A stretch of 64,000 bases of DNA from Candidatus Moanibacter sp. (GTDB taxonomy: Bacteria > Verrucomicrobiota > Verrucomicrobiia > Opitutales > UBA2987). The stretch lies in the NCBI GenBank assembly GCA_965215885.1, contig CBDCEW010000080.1, forward strand, positions 21,820 to 85,819, given 5' to 3'. The position numbers and the translations under genes were made by a program. Positions 1 through 9,212 of this stretch are shown piece by piece. Under the pieces are notes generated by a model. The model was not told where the DNA came from and did not search any database. It saw only the letters and a list, made by a program, of their open reading frames with translations. Each line of letters opens with the position of its first letter. The stretch's first letter is position 1.

Positions 1-839
1 ATTCGGTTTCAACCAGAATCTTCATTAGCTTGTACATATCCATGTAACCGTTGTCTAGGAACGTCTCGGTGAAGTTGGGCAACGGGGCATCGATGTTGCG
101 AAAGTGAACGATCCAAATCCTTCCCTGCTCGCTGCACCAGCGGATCCCCTCAAGAATGTTACCAAAGCCTTCGCTACCGCCTTCCAACCAGCAGCCGCAG
201 CAGAATTCCATGCCCAATTGAGGACTGTCGGCGATCTGAAATGCACGTTTGTAGCTTTCCAAGCTGTGAATGAGGCATGGCACGCCACCCAGCGAAGGCA
301 CCGGTGGATCGTTTGGATGTAAAGCCAGTCGGACTCCTGTTTCCTCAGCCACGGGAATGATCTGGCGCATAAAATACTCGAAGTTGTCCCAGATCTCCTC
401 TTCGGAGTACACACGCCCGTGGGTCAGCGGCCGAGCATCCAACTCCGCCATCTTCACCTGACGGGCAGATGCAAACCGAGATTCTGTGCGTTCCTGAGAA
501 CTCCAAACGCCCGCTTGTTCCCAAGTGAATGTGGTGGTGGTGATGCCGACCTTGTTCAGGTTCCTTAAGTAGGATTTGTAAGCTTCGATTTTCTCGTCCC
601 TGCCGGGAAGGTTGAGGATGATTTTATCGCATTTCCAAACCTCCGTATTAGAAACGTTGTTAAGGTTAAGCCCGGCGTCTTCCACTTTCCGCTTCAGATT
701 CTGCAGGGCCTCCACACTAGTCTGATTCTCCTTGACTGCGGTAAACACACATTCGACACCAAGCTGCCGGGCGAAAAGGAGATCGTCGTCTGTGGGGACC
801 GGCGGGATGTGGACGCACGGTATTTTGATTCTCGGAGCA

Positions 840-1271
840 TTAGGTGATGATATTGATGGCCTTATGTAAGTTAAAGACGAAATCATCACAGAGTGCGGGA
901 GTGGATTCAGCGCCCATGGAAGACTTGAGGCTGAGAACCAGTTGCCTGCATGCAGCAAGAATTCTGGCTGCGTTATGATTACGGATCATACATCGATCTT
1001 CATCGAAGAAGCGATCCCTGGGGTAATGATTTTTATTTTCGATCGAGCAATGGTTGCGAATTTTCGAGAGGAACTGTTGAGGGCTCAAATCGGCGGGATC
1101 GAGACTGCTTACGTAGTAAGAGCGTTCAGAGGAAGGTTCAGCTTTGTTTGGATAATGGAAGGTGCGTTGCACACAGGCGAACTGGCGGGCATGGGGCAGG
1201 CCGGCAGAGGGAGCGCTTAGAGAATGGGTTGCTATTTGACGTATTTCGAGTCGCCCCTGGTCATTGTCCAC
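840..1271 (-). CDS. ISAs1 transposase C-terminal part, in the -1 frame relative to the upstream ORF
   Basis: GRLEIR, YYVSSL, RNHCSIENKNHYPRDRFFDED match the ISAs1 C-terminal motif R.HW.IEN..H..RD..F.ED. Confidence 0.85.
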   Translation of the reverse strand: MDNDQGRLEIRQIATHSLSAPSAGLPHARQFACVQRTFHYPNKAEPSSERSYYVSSLDPADLSPQQFLSKIRNHCSIENKNHYPRDRFFDEDRCMIRNHNAARILAACRQLVLSLKSSMGAESTPALCDDFVFNLHKAINIIT

Positions 1272-2614
1272 GGTTTGGTGGAGAAAAAGGGGGTGGAGCT
1301 GAAGAGATTCTGAGCGTATTGATGCATGTTGGGCTGATTGTCTTTAATTTGAATAACATAGTCAGCACTGAGTTCTTCGACGACGATGTGGGCAGTTTCT
1401 TTTTGATTATGCATGGCGTCGAAGGTGAAGGTGGAGCCGTCCAAAATGGGCATCTTTCGCAAGAGAGTCTGGGCGGCGGTGATCTCGTTGGATTTATCGG
1501 CGGTAGCGACTTGGGCTAAGGTTTGAGCGCTTTGGTGATCGACTGCGGCCACCAGGTGCAGAGCCTTTGATTCTTCGGTGTTTGTGCCTTTGCGGGTCTT
1601 GCCGTCGACGGCAATATCGCGGGGCAAACAGCCGTCTTGTAAGCAGATGAATTCGGTGAGGGTTTTATCGAAGAGCTCGGCCTTTACGTTTTGCAAGACC
1701 CGATAGAAGACATCATAGCAAGGGGCCTTATAGCGGCCTGTTTTGGGGTTTTTCCAGGAGCGTAAGGCGCGCAATTGGGCTTGATTGAGATGATGGGCCA
1801 GGCGCACGATGCCCTTGAGGGTCTGTTTGCCGCACATCGTGCCGAGCACAATCATGCTCAGGACCGTGGCGAGCCGATATCTAAGGCCCGCTTTACGACG
1901 GAAGTCTTCTATCTGATTGAAGCGTTCCCACAGGCTGCTCATCTGTGCCACTTTGAGGCAGACCGCATGGGAGTTATCGGTTTCATTGAGCGCCTGGCTC
2001 TGTGCCGCGGGCAATGGCCCTGAAGCGCGCAAAAGCTCAAGGGCATTAGCCTTGAGGGGTTTGACCCAGATCTGCTTGGGACGCTCATGGCGTTGATAGA
2101 AATCTTCGCGTTGGCGGCCATATCCCGCGCTCAAGCCCAAGGGCGTCCACCCGCTCGCTTCGTAGCAAGTGCCCCGGTGAATCTGTGGGTCCACGAACGT
2201 TTCCGCTACTAAGGGACGATAGCCAAAAGCCTCCTGCCAGTGATCGGCTAAGACTCTCAGGCACATACCCAACGTCTTGGAGGCCAAATTTGCAAGATCC
2301 ACCCCGGGCAAAATCAGAAAACGCCGGTTCTGTACTACCAGTTTCAATCGTGCATGCCGTTGCGCCCCGTCCCACCCGATCCATTCGTCTCGATCCTTCA
2401 GCCGGTAGGATGCGGCCCCCCACAAGAGCAGGCCCATCCATTGCCCGTCGATCTGCGCCACATAGCGCAGGGTCTCTCCTGCGCTGCCCGCACTGTGTAA
2501 ATAATGATGTTGTTTCAATAGATCATTGAATCGCTCCTGCTCTTCGGGCAGGACCAGACGCAGAGTTAAACGATCTATCGAAGGATTCAGTTGGTAAGAT
2601 TTTTTGTCTTTCAT
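1232..2614 (-). CDS. ISAs1 transposase N-terminal ORF with a fused DUF4338 (DruA-like) domain
   Basis: HHYL..GETLRYVA, NRRFLILP, ETFVDP..GTCYEASGW (DUF4338-like), followed by IAVDGKT, NEITAA, FTFDAMH, DYVIQIKDNQP (ISAs1 DDE motifs). Confidence 0.85.
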   Translation of the reverse strand: MKDKKSYQLNPSIDRLTLRLVLPEEQERFNDLLKQHHYLHSAGSAGETLRYVAQIDGQWMGLLLWGAASYRLKDRDEWIGWDGAQRHARLKLVVQNRRFLILPGVDLANLASKTLGMCLRVLADHWQEAFGYRPLVAETFVDPQIHRGTCYEASGWTPLGLSAGYGRQREDFYQRHERPKQIWVKPLKANALELLRASGPLPAAQSQALNETDNSHAVCLKVAQMSSLWERFNQIEDFRRKAGLRYRLATVLSMIVLGTMCGKQTLKGIVRLAHHLNQAQLRALRSWKNPKTGRYKAPCYDVFYRVLQNVKAELFDKTLTEFICLQDGCLPRDIAVDGKTRKGTNTEESKALHLVAAVDHQSAQTLAQVATADKSNEITAAQTLLRKMPILDGSTFTFDAMHNQKETAHIVVEELSADYVIQIKDNQPNMHQYAQNLFSSTPFFSTKPWTMTRGDSKYVK

Positions 2615-2897
2615 CCCATCTTAACATGACTGATTCCCTCGGGTTTGTTTAGCTCTTTTTTTATCTTCTTGCTTATCAGCTAGTTGCTTCCTGGAATCCT
2701 TTTACCCTGGATGTGGACGGAGAAGTTGAGGTTCGCTCTTTTTTCTGGCATATGGATTCAATACACTGCGGAGATATGCGACAGCAAAGACAAAATGCGA
2801 TCCTGAGAGGGTTGCATGCTGAGGGTTGTCAGAAATTGGGGCTGTATGCGAGTCGTCCAGTTCCGATTAAGAGTTGATACGAGGTTTCGGGGTGAAT

Positions 2898-3030
2898 CTT
2901 CGTCGTCAAATATCTTCGTCGTCAGCTTCGTCGCAAACTTCGTCGCTTCAACCTCGAATTGAAATACTACTACCAAACTTAATCGTGAACTTCGTCGTAA
3001 ACTTGATCGAGAGAGGGACCGAATAAGACG
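2898..3030. repeat. Degenerate 12-bp-period repeat block (CTTCGTCGTAAG-like), BIME-like family
   Basis: cttcgtcgtcaa/cttcgtcgtcag/cttcgtcgcaaa/cttcgtcgtaaa; related blocks at about 3627-3690, 11115-11142, 14190-14345, 51035-51220. Confidence 0.7.
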
Positions 3031-3043
3031 ATCCCGCTTAGCG

Positions 3044-3616
3044 CATACGCGTTAATTTAGGATGCAAGACATTGAGCCACAGGCAGTAATACAATTGACA
3101 GAAGGCCTAACACGGCGAGTCGAGATTCGGGTTTTTCGCATTCGGAAATCCCCCGGCCTCGTGCCGGGGATTTTTAGGTTCCTGGCTACAATAACTGGGG
3201 CCTCCCTTAGGAGATCCTCCGGGCTTGACCCGGAGAGCCTCAGGTTTCCCGTTCGATCGCTCCCCGTTTTCCATAGGCTTAGCCATCGGTTGGAGTTCCT
3301 AAGCATCTTATGCTCAATAAGATGTGTTTGACTGAATGGTAGTAGCAAAGAAACCTAACAATCCCCGGCGCGAGGCCGGGGGATTCCTTAATGTACACTG
3401 TCAAATGGTGTAGCCCGAATCCTCAACTGACCCCACGGCAAGCGTGGGGGATGGAATACAACCACAATGGTGAACCGATGAGAACGGCCCTGCCAAGATT
3501 CTAGCCTGTTGCGTTTAAGGCGCATAGTAAGAGCGAAGACCGATTCACCGGTGGCATTAGTTATCATTCAACTAACTGAGTATAAGCATATTATGAAAGC
3601 TAGATTAACGCCAATG
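3044..3616. mobile_element. 573-bp non-autonomous MITE with IS4-type ends and internal REP hairpins
   Basis: TIRs CATACGCGTTAATTTAG / CATTGGCGTTAATCTAG (rc) resemble the ends of the IS4 copies at 23927 and 49226; flanked by CGCTTAGCG / CGCTCAGCG; diverged homolog at about 21320-21845. Confidence 0.75.
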
Positions 3617-3795
3617 CGCTCAGCGGGACTCGCGACGAAGCTGACGACGAAGTTTCCCCTACGGGGGGAGAAGCTCCCTCCAGCCCCCTTTGAGTTCGCG
3701 AACGAGGCATGCAAAATCCTTGCATTAGTCCGAAAATCTCACAGATTTTCGGACTCGCGCACCGCATGGATCGAACCATCAAAGAGGGAAATGAT

Positions 3796-4815
3796 ATGGC
3801 AAACTATCGGGGAGCAGTTATCGGGTGCGGACGGATTGGCAGCACCATTGATGATGAACAGGTTGGACGCCCACAGTTTCGCTATCCGTTTGCGCATGCA
3901 CCGGCGATAATCGAGGCCAAGGGCGTGGACTTGGTCGCCGCTTCTGATCTCTTCCCTGAACAGTTGCAAGACTTCAAACGGCGATGGGGTGTCACGGCGC
4001 TCTATTCCGACTATCGTGAGATGATCGCCAAGGAGAAGCCCGACATCGTCAGTGTCACGACCCGAGCTCAGGAGCGGGCGGAGGTGGTGATCGGTGTGGC
4101 TGAAGCAGGGGTGAGAGTCATCTACGCGACCAAACCGATGTGCCGCACATTGGCCGAAGCAGATGCCATGATTGAAACGTGTAAGAGAACCAACACCATT
4201 CTGGCCATCGCCTGTCACAAGAACTGGAGTCCGTGGTTTCAGGCCTGTCTGCAAGCCATTAACAATGGAGAGATCGGTGAGTTTTCTTCAATGGTCTGTA
4301 ACTACGATTGGACCCTTTCTCGCGGCCACAGCCATACGCTTTCGCTCTTCCGTCAGTTTGCAGGGGCACATGCGAAGTGGGTCTTCGGGCACATGAACAG
4401 CGATGAGGAGGCAGCGAGCGACGACGATCTGAGAGGAACGGGGATGATCTACTACGAAAATGGCATGCGAGGATTCCTCAACACGGGCGGCTGGTTGAAC
4501 ATCGATTTCGTAGGGAGCGACGGTTGGATCAGCGCGCGTAACGAGCACGCCGACTTCGAGATGTGGAGCCGCCTGCCGACAACCCGAGAGCCGGTCCGGC
4601 GCCAGTTCCCTAACCCGAAGCGGCCGCGAAGTTCTCAGCAAGCATCCATCGAGGGTCTGGTCGGGAACCTTGACCACGGCACAGAACCGCTGTGTCCTGG
4701 CGAATATGGACGCGAAGCCCTTGAGATCGCTATCGGCCTAAGGGAATCTCACCGGCGCGGCGGCGAGAAGATCGAACTCCCGCTTGAAGATCGAAGCCTG
4801 ACGATCGTGGCTTAA
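3796..4815 (+). CDS. Gfo/Idh/MocA family oxidoreductase
   Basis: GAVIGCGRIG Rossmann motif, YSDYREMI..EKPDIVSV, TKPM; ATG at 3796 after GAGGG. Confidence 0.9.
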   Translation: MANYRGAVIGCGRIGSTIDDEQVGRPQFRYPFAHAPAIIEAKGVDLVAASDLFPEQLQDFKRRWGVTALYSDYREMIAKEKPDIVSVTTRAQERAEVVIGVAEAGVRVIYATKPMCRTLAEADAMIETCKRTNTILAIACHKNWSPWFQACLQAINNGEIGEFSSMVCNYDWTLSRGHSHTLSLFRQFAGAHAKWVFGHMNSDEEAASDDDLRGTGMIYYENGMRGFLNTGGWLNIDFVGSDGWISARNEHADFEMWSRLPTTREPVRRQFPNPKRPRSSQQASIEGLVGNLDHGTEPLCPGEYGREALEIAIGLRESHRRGGEKIELPLEDRSLTIVA

Positions 4816-4906
4816 TTCCGCATAACATTGGCTTTTTTCAGGCAGATAAACTCGCTGCTTGCAATTCCATCTGTTTCATCTGATTTGGATAAAAAGGGAA
4901 GAAGGG

Positions 4907-5206
4907 ATGAAGACAGTCAGCGCCAATGAAGCGAAACAATCGCTGGGAAAAGTCATTGACGAAGTGCAACGAGAGCCGGTCGTCATACAACGGTACAACC
5001 GAGATGCGGCGGTGCTTCTCTGGGTCAGCGATTATGAAAAACTTGCCGCGCTCAACGTGAAAGAATTCCAACGGTTTTGCGACCGTGTCGGGAGGCGCGC
5101 GAAAAAGCGCGGACGGACCGAGCGGAAGCTTAAGCGCATTCTCGATGGAGCTGATTTCTCTGGGTGCGTCCCGAAGGCAGATTGGAAGTGTAATCGGTTC
5201 TCTTAG
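4907..5206 (+). CDS. Phd/YefM-family antitoxin (no cognate toxin seen)
   Basis: MKTVSANEAKQSLGKVIDEVQREPVVIQRYNRDAAVLL is a Phd-type N-terminus. Confidence 0.75.
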   Translation: MKTVSANEAKQSLGKVIDEVQREPVVIQRYNRDAAVLLWVSDYEKLAALNVKEFQRFCDRVGRRAKKRGRTERKLKRILDGADFSGCVPKADWKCNRFS

Positions 5207-5463
5207 CATCAAGAGTAAACGCACTACCGTCAAAACGCGAAAAGCGAGGCAAAGACAGCCCACTTAGTGGATTCTCTGACAGAACACAATGTAAAGGTAA
5301 TGCGGGCGGCGAGTCTCCAATTTCCAGCTCGTGGTCCTTCCCAAAGGCATGCTGGAAGGAATTCTTTCTTTTGCGCATGCAGGCGAGATCACCCTAGCTC
5401 CTTTATGGGGCAGGATGAGCTCTCAGGGGGGGGATTTAGTGAACGAACCCCGAAGCGAAAAGA

Positions 5464-5493
5464 TCCCCTCCTGGGAGAGGACAGGGGTGGGTT
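5464..5493. repeat. REP-like element TCCCCTCCTGGGAG.GG..AGGGGTGGGTT
   Basis: Near-identical copy at 57591-57619. Confidence 0.65.
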
Positions 5494-5676
5494 TCTTCTA
5501 AGACGGCTTCTATCTTCATTAAACGTTAGCGCATGGCCTTCGAACTCGGATGGAGAGTGAAGTATCAAGTCAGTTCGAGTTTGAAGACCGTTGCTCTATC
5601 CGGTGCTCGACTTCCTCCCGCCATTCAGCCACTCTACCTCTGTTATTTTGAGACAATCGCCCATTTCGAGCAAGTT

Positions 5677-5875
5677 CTTATCATGAAGTTGAAACAAACG
5701 TCCACGGACCCGCCTACGCTTTGCAGAGAATCCCGCTGGGCAGAGCTACGGCGTGGCAAGGGGGCCGCCCTGCCTCGGCGTAGTTGCGCTTGCGCTTCGA
5801 AGACGGGTTCCACCACTAATATTGTTGCTACTGGTGGATCGGGCGCTCCGCGCGCGATGAGAATACAGTCGAGTG
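5677..5875. repeat. About 200-bp dispersed REP-mosaic repeat, copy 1
   Basis: Reverse-complement homolog at about 39794-39990 (shared GAAGTTGAAACAAACG, CCCGCCTACGC, GCTACGGCGTGGCA, GAAGACGGGTTCCACCACTAA, TGCTACTGGTGGATCGG). Confidence 0.75.
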
Positions 5876-5936
5876 GGCGATCCCGCCCCGGGATGTCAGG
5901 CTGAGAAACTACCAGGTAAAAAAGGGAGTATTGAAA

Positions 5937-6926
5937 ATGAAAGTTAAACTCGCACAGTACGGAATTTCCCACGACCACGCGTCGGGCAAGGCGCGGGTCA
6001 TGCGAGAGAGCGATGAGATCGAGTTCTGCGGGGTCTTCGAGCCGTCCGCGGAAATACGCGAGAGGCTCGGCGCTAATCCGGTTTACGACGGCGTGCACTG
6101 GTTCGCCGAAAGGGAGGAGATCCTGGAGGACGAGTCCATCGTCTGCATTGCCGCCGAGGGTGGGGTGTCGCAGAACCTCGCCTTTGCGCGTCAGGCTCTG
6201 GAGCATGGCAAGCACGTCTGGCTCGACAAGCCGGCGGGCGATGACCTGGAGGAATTTCGCGCCGTGCTCGACATCGCCCGGGAGAAAGGGCTGCTCGTGC
6301 AACAGGGCTATATGTTCCGCTACAACGCGGGTTTTCAGTTTATTCTCGATTGGGCCAAAAGCGGCAAGTTGGGCGACATCTTCTCCGTCCGGGCGCGGAT
6401 TTCAACCGGTTTGTCCGATGAAGCGCATTGGCAGCGCTGGGATTCGCGCGGCGAGCATGAGGGCGGTATCATGTTTATCCTCGCCTGCCATCTGATCGAC
6501 ATCGTCGTCGCTCTGCTCGGCCGTCCCGACCGGGTTACGGCCTTTTCGCTGGCGCAAGACAAGGAATTTCCCTGGTATCGAGACAATACCGCCGCCATTT
6601 TCGAATATGCTGAGGCGATGGCGACGGTCGAGTCCGTTGCGAGGGAAGTGTCATCGGGGGAGTCGAGACGGCTGGAAGTCTACGGCACACGTGGCTCTGC
6701 CATCCTCGAGCCGCTTGAGCCGCCGGCACTGCGGCTTTGTCTGGACGAAGATCGAGACGGCTACGTAAAGGGCTGGCAGGATGTTCCCGTGGAAAAGCGA
6801 CCGCGCTACGTCGAGAGCTTGCGCGCCCTGGTGGCGGACATCCGCGGCGAGAAAACGCCGGATCGCTCACTCGACCACGAATTCGCCGTGCAGGAGACGG
6901 TTCTGCGGGCAGCGGGAATGATTTGA
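5937..6926 (+). CDS. Gfo/Idh/MocA family oxidoreductase
   Basis: AQYGISHDHA, GKHVWLDKPAG, GYMFRYN, HLIDIV motifs. Confidence 0.9.
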   Translation: MKVKLAQYGISHDHASGKARVMRESDEIEFCGVFEPSAEIRERLGANPVYDGVHWFAEREEILEDESIVCIAAEGGVSQNLAFARQALEHGKHVWLDKPAGDDLEEFRAVLDIAREKGLLVQQGYMFRYNAGFQFILDWAKSGKLGDIFSVRARISTGLSDEAHWQRWDSRGEHEGGIMFILACHLIDIVVALLGRPDRVTAFSLAQDKEFPWYRDNTAAIFEYAEAMATVESVAREVSSGESRRLEVYGTRGSAILEPLEPPALRLCLDEDRDGYVKGWQDVPVEKRPRYVESLRALVADIRGEKTPDRSLDHEFAVQETVLRAAGMI

Positions 6927-7231
6927 CCGCGGATGACGCGGATTTAAACGGATGAGAGAGCGGAGTTCGTTAACACTTCGCATCGTGAATCATAATCCAT
7001 TCGACGGTTCGTCGTGCTCATCACAGGCAGGCCTCAGGGCAGGAAAGAGAACGAAGAGAAATGAAGAGGGAGAGTTTCCCACGGATGGCTCCGCAGTACC
7101 ACGGATGGAAGAGTGGATTTCCCACAGTTTCGAGAAAACCGCGGGGCTGCCATACAGCAGACTCTGCGAGATTGACCTTTGAATAAGGAAAGCAGGAAAG
7201 CAGGAAGTTGGCCACACTATCAACCGAGGTA

Positions 7232-7409
7232 GGAGTCGATCCAGCTGAGCGGGACCTCTCTGCTGTAGGGCAGAGCATGAAACGCGAAGAAGGGCTTTCC
7301 CAAGAGCGCATCCGGACCATTAGCCTACTAATAGCGCTTTTGGGAAAGCCCTTCTTCGCGTTTCTCGACTCGCATAAGCGAGTTGGTCCCGCTCAGCTGG
7401 ATCGACTCC
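7232..7409. repeat. Cruciform palindromic element (nested inverted repeats)
   Basis: 25-bp perfect outer arms GGAGTCGATCCAGCTGAGCGGGACC; 30-bp inner arms 7280-7309/7334-7363; two side hairpins. Confidence 0.8.
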
Positions 7410-7878
7410 CTATTCTCCGTTCTGTGACTGCCAGATCTGAGGCCTCTCTCTATCCGCGCCATCCGTGAAATCCGCGGTCACTCTGATGCCGATCGACCTC
7501 ACGTCGTAAGATGTTTTGTAGTCTTCCCGGTCCTCCTGGCGAGCCGGGACCGGGAGGATTGCACGTTCAATGAATCCGCGGTTTTCCCTGGCTCGGCGCA
7601 TCCCGATCAGCGGGAGAAGACGGCTCGAATCCGTGGTCAATTCATCTTCATTTGCGTTAATTTGCGTGCATTTGCGGTTCTCTTCTTCTTTTTTGTTTGC
7701 CGCCGAAAGCTGCCTTAGAAAGCAATACCCCGGCTTGCCGGGGTGAGCCTGTTGAATCCGCCTAACATTCGCTTTGACTATGCTTCCACGGAAGTAATCT
7801 AATGTTGCGTAAGCGAGCACCTCCTTCTTTTCGAAACTAACACTCAAGAAACCTTGGTACTTAGCCACAGAATCAACG

Positions 7879-8961
7879 ATGAAGCATCCAACAGAAAAAA
7901 TCTACCGCGGCGCGGTCATAGGAACCGGGCGCATGGGCAGTAAGATTGACGACGAACAGAAGTACTACAACTTCCCCTATCCCTGGTCGCACGCGGGCGC
8001 GATGGTCGAATCGAAACGAGTCGAGCTGGTGGCCGGTTCCGACCTCATGCCGGAGCAGCGCGAGGACTTCAGAAACCGTTGGGGTGTCGATGCGGTTTAC
8101 GAGGATTTCCGCGAAATGCTGGCGAAGGAAGAGATCGAGATTGTGAGCATTACGACCAAACACGAGGAACGCGCGGATGTGATAATGGCCTGCGCTGAAG
8201 CCGGTGTAAAGATCATTTACCCTACCAAGCCATTATCCAACACCCTTGCCGAAGGCGACGCCATGATCCGTACGTGCCGGGAATCCGGATCGCTTTTGGC
8301 GGTCTCCTGCCACCAGAACTGGAGTCCCTGGTTCCATGCCTGTCGAAAGTCGATTCAGGACGGCGACATCGGCAAAGTCACGGCGATCATCAGCCAGAAG
8401 AGTCTTATCGACCACAACGCCGCTTTGATGCGCATGTTTGCCGAAGCGGCGCCCAAATGGGTCATGGCCGACGTCAATCGGGATGGACCTGCGGCCATCA
8501 TCGGATTCGAAAACGGTGTGCGCGGATTTCTCACGCCCGGCGGGTGGCAATACCTGCAGATCATAGGCACCGACGGCTGGATTGATGTGCGCGACGAATA
8601 CCGGGAATTCGAATTGTGGCGCCGCTTTCCTAACGGGTTCCCGCCCGAGATGGTGGAGGGTTTTCAGGCCTTCGGCGGCGGGGTGCGGAAAGATCCTCCG
8701 GCCCGCATGCTGTTTCCCAATCCGCGAATACCCATGAGTTCCCAAACCGCCAGTATCGATGCGCTGGTCAGCGACTACGAAAATGGAACGACCCCGGAGT
8801 GCCCGGGTGAGTGGGGTTTAGAAGCGATGGAAATGTATATCGGTGTCGCCGAATCATCGGATCAAGGGGGAAGTAAGCTCGAGATTCCACTCGCTGACCG
8901 AGGTCTGACGGTCAATCCCGCAAGCAACCGGGAACGGCGAGAGAGGCGCGGAGATCCCTAG
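7879..8961 (+). CDS. Gfo/Idh/MocA family oxidoreductase
   Basis: GAVIGTGRMGSKIDDE; clear paralog of 3796-4815. Confidence 0.9.
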   Translation: MKHPTEKIYRGAVIGTGRMGSKIDDEQKYYNFPYPWSHAGAMVESKRVELVAGSDLMPEQREDFRNRWGVDAVYEDFREMLAKEEIEIVSITTKHEERADVIMACAEAGVKIIYPTKPLSNTLAEGDAMIRTCRESGSLLAVSCHQNWSPWFHACRKSIQDGDIGKVTAIISQKSLIDHNAALMRMFAEAAPKWVMADVNRDGPAAIIGFENGVRGFLTPGGWQYLQIIGTDGWIDVRDEYREFELWRRFPNGFPPEMVEGFQAFGGGVRKDPPARMLFPNPRIPMSSQTASIDALVSDYENGTTPECPGEWGLEAMEMYIGVAESSDQGGSKLEIPLADRGLTVNPASNRERRERRGDP

Positions 8962-9212
8962 GGCAGCGTAGCCGCAACCAAATTGAGAGAAAAAGAGGAA
9001 CCGCGAATGCACGCGAATTAAGAAGATTTGACCGCGGATGACGCGGATTTACGCGGATGAGAGAGGGAGAAATTTTGGCAATGGAGGATCTTCTTTAGGA
9101 AACAAGGCTGAACAACAGATTCTGCCAGATTGAGAGTGAATAAGGAAAGCAGGAAAGCCCTTCGACTACGCTCAGGGCAGGCAGGAAATTGCCCATACTA
9201 TCAACCGAGGTA

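Larger units (their letters stand above)
816..2709 (-). mobile_element. ISAs1-family insertion sequence, complete
   Basis: Imperfect TIRs CACGGTATTTTGATTC / CAGGGTAAAAGGATTC (rc); exact 10-bp target duplication GATGTGGACG at 806-815 and 2710-2719; second copy from 62044. Confidence 0.92.
1..2751 (-). pseudogene. uxuA: Mannonate dehydratase (UxuA family), split after about 14 codons by the ISAs1 insertion; 3' end runs off the window
   Basis: Removing 816-2709 and one target duplication joins ATG at 2751 (MPEKRANLNFSVHI) in frame to PPVPTDDDLLFARQLGV...IWDNFEYFMRQIIPVAEETGVRLALHPNDPP...VHFRN...FTETFLDNG, which carries the UxuA motifs. Confidence 0.8.

Noticed and set aside
1232..2614. Druantia defence system
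   Set aside because: The DUF4338-like domain is inside an IS, and there is no DruE helicase or other dru gene
4816..4900. attC after the first oxidoreductase (GCATAAC)
   Set aside because: No complementary stem or downstream GTT box found
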